The position numbers were made by a program, and so were the translations under genes. Below, one piece after another: positions 1-11,385 of a DNA stretch of 64,000 nucleotides. Source of the stretch: Mobula hypostoma (lineage: Eukaryota); assembly GCF_963921235.1 (NCBI RefSeq), contig NC_086109.1, positions 21,454,001-21,518,000 on the forward strand, given 5' to 3'. The notes beneath the pieces are model-generated. The model was not told the DNA's origin. It worked only from the letters and a program-made list of their open reading frames with translations, and ran no database searches. The stretch's first letter is position 1. Each line of letters begins with the position of its first letter.

Positions 1-330
1 TTTGGCATTAAAGATAGATCATCCTCCTTATTGAACATATTTAATGGCTTCCAAGGCCTTCTGTGCTATAGAATTCCATAGGTTCACTACCTGATTGAAG
101 AAAAATTTTCCTGTGTCAGTTTTGAATGGCATGACCTGAGGTTGTGACCCCATGGTTCTGGAATCTCCAGCCAACAGGAACATTATCCCTATGTTGACAC
201 TATCTAGACCTGTTATAACTTGAGGGGTTTCTATGAGATCCCAGGAAATATTTCTGCATTCTAGTGTATGCAGGTCTATCCAACCCGATCTCACTTTATA
301 TGCCAGTCATACCATCCCATGAATCAGTCC
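1..330 (-). mobile_element. Degraded CR1 LINE 3' fragment
   Basis: ORF 28..294(-) matches the CR1 ORF2 C-terminus pattern (DLIET...GLD.V...FF.Q.VVNLWNS) also seen in the intact copy at 18150-18400. Confidence 0.75.
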
Positions 331-344
331 AGTAAAACTTCCTT

Positions 345-730
345 AAGTTCAAATTAAAATTTGTTATCAGAGTCATGCATGTCACCATATACAACCCTGA
401 GATTATTTTTCCTGCGGGCATACTCAGCAAATCTATAGAGTAGTAACTGTAAACAGGATCAATGGAAGAGCAAGAGCATAGAAGACAACAAACAGTTCAA
501 ATGCAAATATAAATAAATAACGAGGGCATGAAATAACAAGACTAAGAGTCCTTAAAGTGAGGTCATTGGTTGTGGCAACATCTCAGTAGATGAGTGTGGT
601 TATCCTCTTTTATTCAGGAGCCTGAGGCTTGAGGGTAGTAATTGTTCTTGAACCTGGTGGTATGACTTCTGAGGCTCTTGTACCTTCTACCTGATGGTAG
701 CCCTGAGAAAAGAGCATGGCCTGGATGGTT
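345..730 (-). mobile_element. Rex1/Babar-like LINE 3' fragment
   Basis: ORF 614..829(-) ends HPGHALFSGLPSGRRYKSLRSHTTRFKNNYYPQA, the C-terminal motif typical of Rex1-clade ORFs, followed by a 3'UTR. Confidence 0.75.
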
Positions 731-1728
731 ACGCATTACACATATTACAAGATAAAAATTACCATACAAATCCCCAAATACAAATTCAAAAAGACCATCT
801 GCAACTTCAGGGATACATCCCCTATCCAACTTCTCCTGTAATGAAGACCACTATACCACTTGCCTCCTTAATTCATCATCATCACAAGTGAAGCTATTAA
901 TGTTCTTCACGTGTGAACATTTCCAAAACTATCATCATTCAAATAATAACCTGCCTTCTGCCTTTGTTGCTAGTTTGGGCAATTTTGAATTGGGGCGGCC
1001 TGCAGATAATGAACACTGAGCTGAACTGAAACGTGCCGTTTGATTTTGTGTTTTCTATTCTGTGGTTACTCTCTTTTTTTGTTTTTTTTTGTTGCCATTT
1101 GAGCATTTTAGTTTTTTTGTGCACATGAGGAGGTTCGTGCTTTTTTTCTTTGAGTGGGTTCCATGGTTTTTGTTTATGTGGCTGTCTGGCATAGACAAAT
1201 CTCAGCATTGTATACTGCACACATGCTTTGATCATAAATGTATTTTGGATCCTTTGAATTCTTTGTTCCATCTGCTGACTCTCGATAATGGTAGAAAAAT
1301 ACAGTTTAGCAAGGTGCAATTAGCAAAGAAAGCACTGAATCCATAAATGTACCTGGAAGACACTGCAAAAACCTAGGTTAGATGTGATATGTAGTTTGAA
1401 GCTATTAATTATAATAACTGAATACAGAAACAAACCAACACCATGAGGAAAAGATTGCTTCAAAATATCAGGATTTGTTTAGAAAATGTTTTTAGTGTGA
1501 TTACTTTGCCACTGCATTGAGACAAACAATATGTAGTGAAGTTCTAAAGATAAGTATCCTGACATTAAGGGCATCAAGCCTACAAATGCATTAAGCTGAT
1601 CTTCAAGAGATTTGTCTGCAAATCTGAAAAGGAACCCGGGCAGAAATAACTGAAGGCACATAATTTCAGTAAGAATAATCTTGGTAGTGAGTGTCTTCTG
1701 GTACATCCCTTTACCTCTCAATTGCTAA

Positions 1729-2930
1729 CCACAAGAGATTCCGCAGGTACTGGAAATCCAGAGCAACACACACAAAATGCTCGAGGAACTCAGCAGGTCA
1801 GGCAGCATCTATGGAAGTGAACAGGTGATGCTTCAGGCCGAAACCCTCCTTCAGGATTGGGAAGGAAGGGGGAAGATGCCAGAATAAAAAGAAGGGTGGA
1901 GGGAAGGAGGACGAGCTAGAAGATCATAGATAATGCCAGGTGAGAAGGAGAGGTAAAGGGCTGGAGAAGCAGAAATCTGGTAGGAGAGGAGAGTGGACCA
2001 TGGGAGAAAGGGAAGGAGGAGACGCACCAGGTGAGGTGATAAGCAAGTGAGGAGAAGAGATAAGAGAGCAGAGTGAGGAATAGGAGGGGGAAGCGGAAGG
2101 GGAAAAAGTTACTGGAAGGAGAAATTGATGTTAATGCCATCAGGTTGGAGGTTATCTAGATGGAATATGAGGTATTGCTCCTCAACCCTATGAATATCCA
2201 CATCATGACAAAAGAGGAGTCCATGGACTGACATGTCAGAATGGGGGTGGGGGTGGGGATGTGGGGATAAGAATTAAAATGGTTTGCCTGCAAATCTCTT
2301 GGGGTCACCTATTGGCAACATTTCTCCCGCAAATCTTTTGATGTTATCTATTGTGTCCTGTTCTCCCAATGCGGTCTCCTCTACACTAATGAGACCCAAC
2401 ATAAATTGGGGGATTGCTTTGTCGAACCACCATTTTGATTCCTATCCCCTTTCCCGTTCCAGCATGTCAGTCCATGGCCTCCTCTTTTGCCATGATGAGG
2501 CCACTCTCAGGGTGGAGAAGCAACACCTCATATTCCACCTATATAGCTTCCAACCTGATGGCATGAACATCAATTTCTCCTTCCAGTAATCTTTCCCTCC
2601 CACTTTCCTCTTCTTCTATTCCCCACTCTGATTTCTTAATTCTTCTGCTCACCTGCCTATCACCTCTTCCAGGTGCCCAGCATTCTTCCCTTTCTGCCAT
2701 TGTCCACTCTTCTCTCCTATCAGATTTCTCCTTCTTCAGCCTTTTGGCTCTCCCACCCATTTGGCTTCACCTACCACCTTCTAGTTAGTCCTCCTTCGCC
2801 CCCCACTCCCACCTTTTTATTCTGACATCTTCCCCAGTCCTGGAGAAGGGTCTCAACCTGAAGCGCCAACTGTTCATTTCCATAGACGCTGCCTGACCTG
2901 CTGAGTTCCTCCAACATTTTGCATGTGTTG
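1729..2930. mobile_element. Penelope-like element with inverted pLTR arms
   Basis: Two inverted pLTR copies; GIY-YIG tail (EATLRVEKQHLIFHL...QPDGMNINFS, ORF 2284..2589); flanking repeat CTCAATTGCTAA 1717-1728 / CTCAAATGCTAA 2931-2942. Confidence 0.85.
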
Positions 2931-3389
2931 CTCAAATGCTAATGCTTTGTTGAGATGCATTTTTGCAGTTGTGGCAGCAACCAGTCATATTATCAAAAAT
3001 AGCTTTTGAGTCATGCAGACTAAAAAAGTGAGCGGAACTATGCTCACATAGAGATGGAAGCATGGGGGCACAGAATGTAATCTGAAGATGCCATCAGTTG
3101 TTTCGTTTCTTGTTATGTATTTCTGCTAAGCATTGTGGGCATGCTATATTAGCACTTCCAAGCACCTTAAAACTATGCCCTCTCGTGCTAGCCATTTCAG
3201 CCCTGAAGGCTGCCCCCAGCACATCTCTAGGTGTGCTGATTGTTAGCTCAAATGACAAACTTCACTGTATGCTTTGATAAATAAATTTGAATCCAGATTA
3301 GTTTTCGTAAGAGAGTTCATAAACATGTGTCAGGCCCTTTTTGTATCCATCTCTGCAATTCACACAGACAGACATCCTGGAGTATTACA

Positions 3390-4450
3390 GCAGTTAGTGT
3401 CCTGATTCTGATTGTGATTCTCCTGCCCCAATATGATTATGATATTGAATATCAAGCTTCCAAACAGAATGCCGCAGTGGATGGATTATCGAGGTTGTCA
3501 TACAAAGGGTTCCTTATACACAGACACAGAGAATGCAATATTCACCTGATGGTAGAAGATGATTTTACTGTAATTGCTCTGGAGCTAGTGGAATGGATGC
3601 AGTAGGATCAAATATTAAATCTAGTATATGACTGTGCTTTGAGTGGATACAGACACATCTTTCAATGAGGATATAAAGCATTTCCATCATAGCCAGTACA
3701 AGTTGTCCATAAATCAAGTCACAGAGAAGTTATATCCAAAGAATTACAAATAATTGCCTCAGAAAATGACTAAACAGAGTCAAAACTAACACCTTGACTT
3801 AAGTGATTAATGCTATCTTAACATTATAGGTGAATTGTTAAAACTATTAAAATTATGAGCAAAGATAAAATACCTTTGATAAACACCTTTGATAAAGATC
3901 AATGTGTTTCCCACCACTGCCTGTAAGGAATTTGTACGTTCTCCCCATGACTGTGTGGGTTTCCTCCGGGTGCTCCAATTTCCACTCACAATCCAAAGAT
4001 ATACGGCTTAGCAGGTTAATTGGTCACATAGATGTAACTGGACCTTGTGGGCTCATTGGACCAGAAGGACCTGTTAGCGTGTATTTAAGATGATAAATTT
4101 ACTTAATGACACATTGAACTAGTTAATTAGTTAAAGAATATATACTTTGGAGTGAACAAAAGACATCAAAGCTGTACCAAAATGAAGCTAGGCTATCCGA
4201 ATGGGGTTGTGCAGGATGCCATCTTTGTGTCAGTGTAAAGCTGAGGGCTAGTCGTGAAGTGTATCTAGACAATCAGCATGGAATGTCTGAGGACTTGAGC
4301 TACATTTCAAACATTTTAGCCTACCAGTGCTTTCATCCTCAACTCATTCGCCAGTCTATTACACATATTTATTGAAGACAAATATAACTTACTACCGTAA
4401 TCTATGCTTCCTGGCAAGCATCCCCTCCTTATCCAGGGTCTACCCATTCC
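3390..4450 (+). pseudogene. Ancient Gypsy pol relic (RNase H to integrase), interrupted by a SINE
   Basis: ORF 3327..3605 contains LLPQYDYDIEYQASKQNAAVDGLSRL (Gypsy RNase H end, consensus YDY.IEY....N..AD.LSRL); weaker integrase-like remnants at 4150-4370. Confidence 0.55.
3905..4090 (+). mobile_element. V-SINE / HE1-like SINE fragment
   Basis: Central V-domain: TTTGTACGTTCTCCCCATGACTGTGTGGGTTTCCTCCGGGTGCTCC...TCCAAAGA. Confidence 0.75.
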
Positions 4451-5169
4451 TATGAAGTTCCTCTGCACTTTGGATAAAAAAAAAAATTTTTCTGAAGCTC
4501 TTGTATTTTAAAATGTTGGTTGCACCTTCCAGTTCAATGATTCAGAACTGGAGTGACCAAAGACAAAGAGACATCCAGTCAATGTGAAACTCATGAAAGC
4601 TTCATTGTCTGGTAGTTCCCACACCCTGCAATTCTGACATCTGTCCTAGTTTGTCATGTCTAAATTTTGCTTGGGGAACTTGCTTAGTGATGATTTGAAT
4701 TAGAATTAGGTTTTGGTTAAAGGTCATCAATATGAAATTTAATTCTCCACAAGAAATGCAGAATCTCCTCCAAGAGGACCACAGCCTCGTCACTGGGATA
4801 CACTTGCTCCTCTGATTTAGGTTATGAAGTTCCAGGATGTAAGACTACTGATACTTTGCATCAGGATGTTGTGTGACTTAGAGGCACTCTTCCCTCTAAG
4901 CTGCATGGCTGCGCAATAACTGAAATGCTCCCGTGCACATAGCCTTTGTTACAGCACAGTTAGAATTTTCTTTTATATAATGTTTTATGAAAGTGCCGCA
5001 CAGTTTTCAGTCCATGTAAAGATTTCATGCTCAGAGCAATAGTTGGTCTGCAGAGCTGTAAAAAAAAAAGAGGGAATGTTGCTTAGAGGGGAACTGATGG
5101 TAGCATCACTTCAAGATACTGGCTGCCTGTTGCCATGCCTTTGATTTTCCTGTTACTCTTTCAGTTCAG

Positions 5170-5430
5170 TGTGTAGGTACGGGAGGCTGAAGCCACGCAC
5201 TCAATGTTTCTTCCCCTCCGCCATCAGATGTCTGAGTGGACAATAACCCAACCCATGAACATTACCTCACTATTTTTGCTCTCTTTTTGCAGCACCTAAT
5301 CAATTAATTTTTAAAATATATATTTCTTATTGTAGTATATAGTATTTTATGTATTGCGCTGTACCGCCGCAACAAAACTACAAACTTCACGGCATATATC
5401 AGAGATAATAAACCCGATTCTGATTCTGTT
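5170..5430 (+). mobile_element. Rex1-like LINE 3' end
   Basis: Homologous to 13560-13815; ends ATAAACCCGATTCTGATTCTG. Confidence 0.7.
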
Positions 5431-5534
5431 CCTGAAATGTTTGGAGTTGCCAATTTGTGGCACACATTCTCTCGAGCTATAGCAGCTCCCAATGTATTCC
5501 AAATCTCTTGACACCCCATCTAAATACTTCTGAT

Positions 5535-5665
5535 ACAGGAGATTCTGCAGATGCTGGAAATTCAAAGCAATACACACTAAACACTGAAGGAAATCAGCAG
5601 GCCAGGTACCACCATAGAGGGAAATAAACTGCTGACCTTTTGGGCCGAGACCCTTAATCAGGACA
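5535..5665 (-). mobile_element. Penelope pLTR fragment with mutated hammerhead
   Basis: Same pLTR sequence as 45160-45290; minus strand reads GTCCTGATTAAGGGTCTCGGCCCAAAAGGTC (core mutated). Confidence 0.7.
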
Positions 5666-6002
5666 TTTGATTAGTATTCACAGTTGTTATGTGGGAAAGA
5701 TGAAAAAACAATCTGTGTGCAACCCCTACATGTGATCAGTCATCTAGTAAACACCAGGGAATTGGTAATTGGTTAATAATTGTCGCACATACCAATATAG
5801 AGTCAAAGATCTTTGTTCTGAATGACATTCATACAGATCATTTCAATACATCAGTGCACCAGGGCAGTGGAAGGTGAAAAGCAATAACAGAATACAGAAT
5901 ATAGAGCTATAGTTACAGAGAAAGTGCCATGCAGGTTGACAATAAAGTGGAAGGGCCATTATAATGTAGATTCTGAGGTCGAGATTTTATTTTATTTATT
6001 TA

Positions 6003-6564
6003 CAGTACTGAGCAAAAGTTTTAGACAAATATATATACTGTAGCTAGGGTGCTTAAGATTTATATACCACACTGTATTTGTCAACATGGAGGGCAGAGTG
6101 AGTTTGTAAATCTGGCAGGAACAAATGATGTTGGGAATGGCAATGTTAGAATGCCACCGGAGGGGTGTGGGACAGGTGGGACAGAAGGAATGCCAGAGGT
6201 GGTTGGGGGGGGCGGGGTTTGCATGGGTGCAGACACACCCAGCCCTGAGGTACCAGGCAAGGTTGTTTGATTCCAAACAATTGGCTTATTGCGCATTACA
6301 GAATGTCTCTCTAATGCCTCCCACTCCCAAACCTGTCCTTTCCCATTTTCTCAACCATGATTCCTCTCTCCCTGTCCTTTCCCACTCTCAGTCCACAGTT
6401 GAGACCCATTTCAAAATCAGTTTATCATAGCTCACGTATGTCATGAAATTTGTTTGTTTTTGTGGCAACAGTACAGTGCAATACATAAAATTACTAAAAT
6501 ACTGTGCAAAAACCTTAGGCATCCTAGCTATATATACTGTATATGTATATTTTCCACAGTACTG
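6003..6564. mobile_element. Tc1/mariner-type MITE
   Basis: TA-CAGTACTG...CAGTACTG-TA termini; internal inverted copies of the terminal motif; contains a Rex1-like tail at ~6410-6500(-). Confidence 0.65.
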
Positions 6565-6569
6565 TATGT

Positions 6570-7020
6570 TTACTTAAAGATACTGAACAATAACGGGCCA
6601 TTCCAGCCAACAAGCCCATGCCACCCAATTACACGCATGTGACCAGTTAACTCAAACACAAAATATTCTGCAGATGCTGGGGTCAAAGCAACACTCACTA
6701 CAAGCTGGAGGAACTCAGTAGGTCGGGCAGCATCCGTGGAAACGCTCACTCAACGTTTCGGGCCGGATCAGTCAATGATCAGCCGGGCCCGGTTCCGGCC
6801 CGAAACGTTGAGTGATCGTTTCCACAGATGCTGCCCAACCTTCTGAGTTCCTCCAGCTTGTAGTGAGTGTTGCTTTGACCAGTTAACTTATTAGCTGGTA
6901 CATCTTTGGAATGTGAGAGGAAACCGGAGAACCAGGAGCGGAGAATGTACAAACTCTTAGAAACAATGGTGGAACTGAAACCAGGTCGCTGGCATTATGC
7001 TAACTGCTAGGCTACTGTTC
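6570..7020 (-). mobile_element. V-SINE / HE1-like SINE interrupted by a PLE hairpin
   Basis: Reverse V-domain (CATCTTTGGAATGTGAGAGGAAACCGGAG...GAGAATGTACAAACTC), split at 6652/6889. Confidence 0.75.
6653..6880. mobile_element. Miniature fold-back Penelope pLTR element
   Basis: ~87 bp inverted arms 6681-6767 / 6794-6880; 13 bp duplication TGACCAGTTAACT at 6640-6652 and 6876-6888. Confidence 0.9.
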
Positions 7021-8040
7021 CCCCCCAAACCCCAATTTATTCTACAAGGTCCATTCACAATTCTTATAACAGCAGGATACAACCTAGGGGTTGTTGTTTG
7101 AAAGGAAATAAATATTGGTCAGGGAAACTCCTCTCTTTAAAACGGATTCATTGGATCTTCTAAATCTCTCCCTCATTTGATGCCTTATAGGACATAGAAC
7201 ACAGAGTGGTACAACAAAGGGACAGGCACTTCAGCCCAAGTTATGGTTATATGGTTAAATATAACATGACAAAGTCAAGTTCTGCAAGAAGCCTTTTCTA
7301 GTAGTTGCATTCCTACGACACTACACTGGCCCAATGACCATCAACAGCTTTATCAGCACCTCTGCAAATCTATGAGTGCAAGAAAAAAATCATACATTTC
7401 TGATGTAAAAGATGAGATATAAATTCTAAGAGCTCAGTTATATTTGCCACTGAACATCTTTCCTTAGGTCGGTCCTATCAGGTTTTGTTTGGTCGGAATC
7501 TACTAATTCTACGAAATTCATGAAGGGCTGGAGTATGAATTAGGAAACTAAGGATCTATTTAAGCACTTTTTGCTAATCTGTCACAGCATCTCCCTATGT
7601 GGATAGGTGTTGAGTTCTGTTTGTTAACACATTTTTGAAATGCCTCAGGATGTATTACTATATTAATTATTCCATTTAAAAGCAAGTAGTTATTGTTGGG
7701 AGAGTTTCTGATTTCTACTAACTAATATGTGAATTGCTGATTTCTGTTATCACTTCTGAGTGGCCTAGTTCCAACTGTAAGGATTTGCCCATTGTCCTGG
7801 ATGAACTCGCTTCTCTCTGTTCACCCTGTCAAATGCTATAACCATCTTCAGTGAGATCGCCATATAAACTCATAAATGTAAAATAGTTCAGAGCTAGTCT
7901 TTGCAATCCATCTCCACAATTTAACCAATTTAGCTTCAGCTGTTTTGGTAAAATACTTCCAAAATCCCAGAAGAGCAGTGGCAGGACTGGTTCTTCTCAA
8001 TGGGATCTGGCCAAGACTTTATACAGCTCTACTATCCTCT

Positions 8041-8523
8041 CAGGTGACAGGACAGAGATATGTCTTCACCAAAGGAGGTGCAAGGTTCTCCTTCTCACTG
8101 CAAGCCTGCAGATCACCCTTAGGCAAGGTGTACCTCCTGCTCAGAAACCACCCCACCACCCGCCCCCCCCCCCGCCCTGATCAGGGTCATGTGAAGCCAT
8201 GGGAGCAGGTGGTGGATGGTCACGTCAGCAGCCAGTGCATATCACAAGTCCTGGTTATGCGACCACTAACGCCAGGCAGACAATCTTTGAAGGGCATTGA
8301 TAATGGCTGAGGTCACCCGTCTTGTAAAGACACTGCCCAGAAGAAGGCAATAGCCAGCTACTTCTGTAGAAAAACTCGCCAAGAGCCATCATGGTCATGA
8401 ATAGAGAAAAGAATCAGAACAATGGTGTGAAAAGGGTCTTCCCACAGGCGATAATCAGACTGAAGACAGATAGTCAACCATGATCATCCACATTATATGA
8501 CATGGCACATAATGATGATGATG
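8041..8523 (+). mobile_element. RTE-related short non-autonomous retroposon
   Basis: RTE/BovB-like 3' motif AGAAGAAGGCAATAGC...ACTTCTGTAG, (ATG)n tail, flanking ACTATCCTCT 8031-8040 / ACTATTCTCT 8524-8533. Confidence 0.6.
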
Positions 8524-8939
8524 ACTATTCTCTGTGTTCAAGCCACTCTTAAAATGGTGATAAGTCATCGACTTGGAACATCAACTTTGTTTCTCTTTCC
8601 TCAGATGCTGCCTGACTAGTCAGTTTAATTTCAGATTTCTAGCACCTGCAGTTTGCATCTGGTCACCTGTTCAATTAAAGGCATCCTTTCACCATTTCCT
8701 TTTCCATCATCCAATGACCCAAACATTATTTCCAGCAATTTGCTTGCACATTTGGTGTGCTGCAATTGATGTTTATCTGGTTTCCTGTACATTGGAGATG
8801 GTGTTCCGTCTGCAGGGGTGACCTTTGTATTGTCTGCCATTTTAATTCTCCAGAGCTCAAAGATGTCAACATCTGGCATCTCTTACAATATTCCAATTCT
8901 CTGACATACCAATTAAATAGTTTGGATAAGTCATGAACA

Positions 8940-9300
8940 TAAAATATTCTACAGGTGTTTGAAATCCAGAGCAACAAACACAAAACACTGGAAGAATTCA
9001 ACAGACCAGGCAACTTCCATGGCAAGGAAGAACCAGTTAATGTTTCAAGCCAAGACCCTTCATCAGGTCCTTTGACTTTTTTATCTGCCTTAACTTGCGA
9101 CTGATATATCCTTCATCCTATCCACTTCCTTCCATCATCTTCTCTGCAACCTTTTCTCTTTCTTTCCAGTCTTCATGAAGCATCTTCAACCGGAAACATT
9201 TTTGATATTTTCCTTACTGCAGGTGCTGCCAGACCTGCTGAGAGTTTCAGCATTTTCTATTTTTGTTTCATATTTCCTCAACCTGTAGTATTTTTTAAAT
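8940..9300. mobile_element. Old Penelope pLTR fragments in opposite orientations
   Basis: 8945-9070 reads CTGATGAAGGGTCTTGGCTTGAAAC on the minus strand; a degenerate plus-strand copy lies at 9165-9300. Confidence 0.6.
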
Positions 9301-10454
9301 CTTCATTTAAGGTCCATCATGATTTGGCCCAATCTATCAATATCTTCCTGCACTTATCTGCATGACTCTATGTGTCACTCAAAAACTCTGGATGTTGTAT
9401 TGCAATAGATCTGCTGATGACCTAGTAATTTAAGAACTTGAATAGACAATTTAGAAAAAGTCAGCCATCTGGTGGGGATTAGGGACTAGAAGTGAAATAG
9501 ACAAGGGTTTGACAAGAAGTTGGACTGGGTGTAAGTCTTTGATAAATGTAATGGTAGTGCAGGGGATCCAATACATATCCCTGGAATGCACTACATGTCT
9601 CATGATCATTTTCATCCCACTTTTTACCTCCGTAATCCTGTCAGTGGATTTTATCTTATTCCACCTCGAGACAAGTCAATTAGAATCAACGTTTCTGTCT
9701 GTTTAATCCCAGGTGTTTGGTGTCACATTCAGATAGCTAAATCCACAAGTGATTAGAAAAGTGTAGACATTCAAGGCCATTAATGCAACTTCAATTACGT
9801 GGAGAAGACATCAAAAAGCTGCCTTAAAATCCTTAAAGCTCCTGTTGTTAACAATGTGGATGTGAAATTCTCAAAATATCCTGTAGTTAAAGAAGTAAAT
9901 CAGGCTTGACAAAGTACACGTGTATTGCTTCCCAGCATGTGAATTTAAATTGTATTGAATTATCTGGGGTTTATAGCACAGGTAAGTCCATTTTAGGCCA
10001 ACTAATATTTGCTGTTGTTTATACCAAGCATAAACTATCTCTCATCTTACTTCACCTAATCCCGGTGGTAAACCTTTTACTTGAATTCTCAATCTATCTT
10101 CCTCTTAAGTGAACCATATTATGTATCTCAACCAAAGGGCAATGACTTCTGCATCTTAAGTCACCTTCGGATAGTGATTTTCATAGTATGACAGACTCAC
10201 TGAGAAGGACTTTGTAGAGACCTCCCCAAGGAGTTGGGGTCCATATCTTGGTTGGTGACATTCCTGATGATTTCTTCACCTGGTTTCTTATCTACAAACA
10301 CCCTGCCTACGCATTCCTGCCTTTGGCTTGTCTTTGAATTGTCCAATTTTCCAACACTTATTGGAAAGCAAAATAGATTCTTCCTTACGTCTGTTAGATG
10401 GTCCAGCTAACCAGCATTTGTCATACCTGCAACGTTCAAAGAAAATGGCATCAA

Positions 10455-11385
10455 AATCAGAATCAGGATTAGGCTTATCATTGTCTTTTATAACGTGAAA
10501 TTTATTGCTTCATTGCAGCAGTAGAGTGCAAATACATATAATTACTATAAGCTACAGAATAAATAAATAGTGCTAAATAAATGAATAATGAGTTAGTGTT
10601 CATGGGTTCATGGATTATTCAGAAATCTGATGGCAGAGGGCAAGAAATTGTTCCTGAATTATTGAGTGTGGGTCTTTGGGCTCCGATACCTTCTCCCTGT
10701 TGGTGGTAATGAGAAGAAGGCACGTCCCAGATGGTGAGAGTTCTTAATGATGGATGCCAACTTCTTAAGGCATCACCTTTCGAAGATATCCTTGATGGTG
10801 ACTGTGCCTGTCCCTGTTGCCAGGGTTGTGCCTGTGGTAGAACTGTCCGAGCCGCTAACCCTTCGAAGCCTCTTGCAATCCTTTGCATTGGGGCCTCCAT
10901 ACCAGGATGTGATGCAACCAGTCAGAATGTTCTCCACCATTCATCTACAGAAATTTTCAAGGGTTTTTGGTAACATACCAAATATCCTCAAAATCCTAAT
11001 GAAGTAGAGCGGCTGATGTGCCTTGTCTGTGATTGCATTGACTTGTTAGGTCCAGGATAGACAGTCTGAGGTGTTGACACACAGGCCCGTAAAGCTGCTC
11101 ACCTTTTCCACTGCTGACCCCCTCAGTGAGTACTGGTGTGCGTTTTCTTGACTTCCCCTTCATAAAGTCCATAATCGGCTCCTTAGTCTTCCTGATGATG
11201 AGTGCGAGGTAGCTTTTGTGACACCACTCAACCAGCCAATCTATCTCACCGCCATATCATTGCCATCTGAGATTTTACCAACAGCAGTGATGCCATCTAC
11301 AAGTCTATATATGATGTTTGAACTGCACTTAGCCACACAGTCATGAGTGCAGAGAGAGTAGAGTGGTGGACTAAGCACTGAGACT
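10455..11385 (-). mobile_element. Rex1-like LINE 3' part
   Basis: Reverse complement of the Rex1 RT C-terminus and 3'UTR; tail reads AATCAGAATCAGG on the plus strand. Confidence 0.75.
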
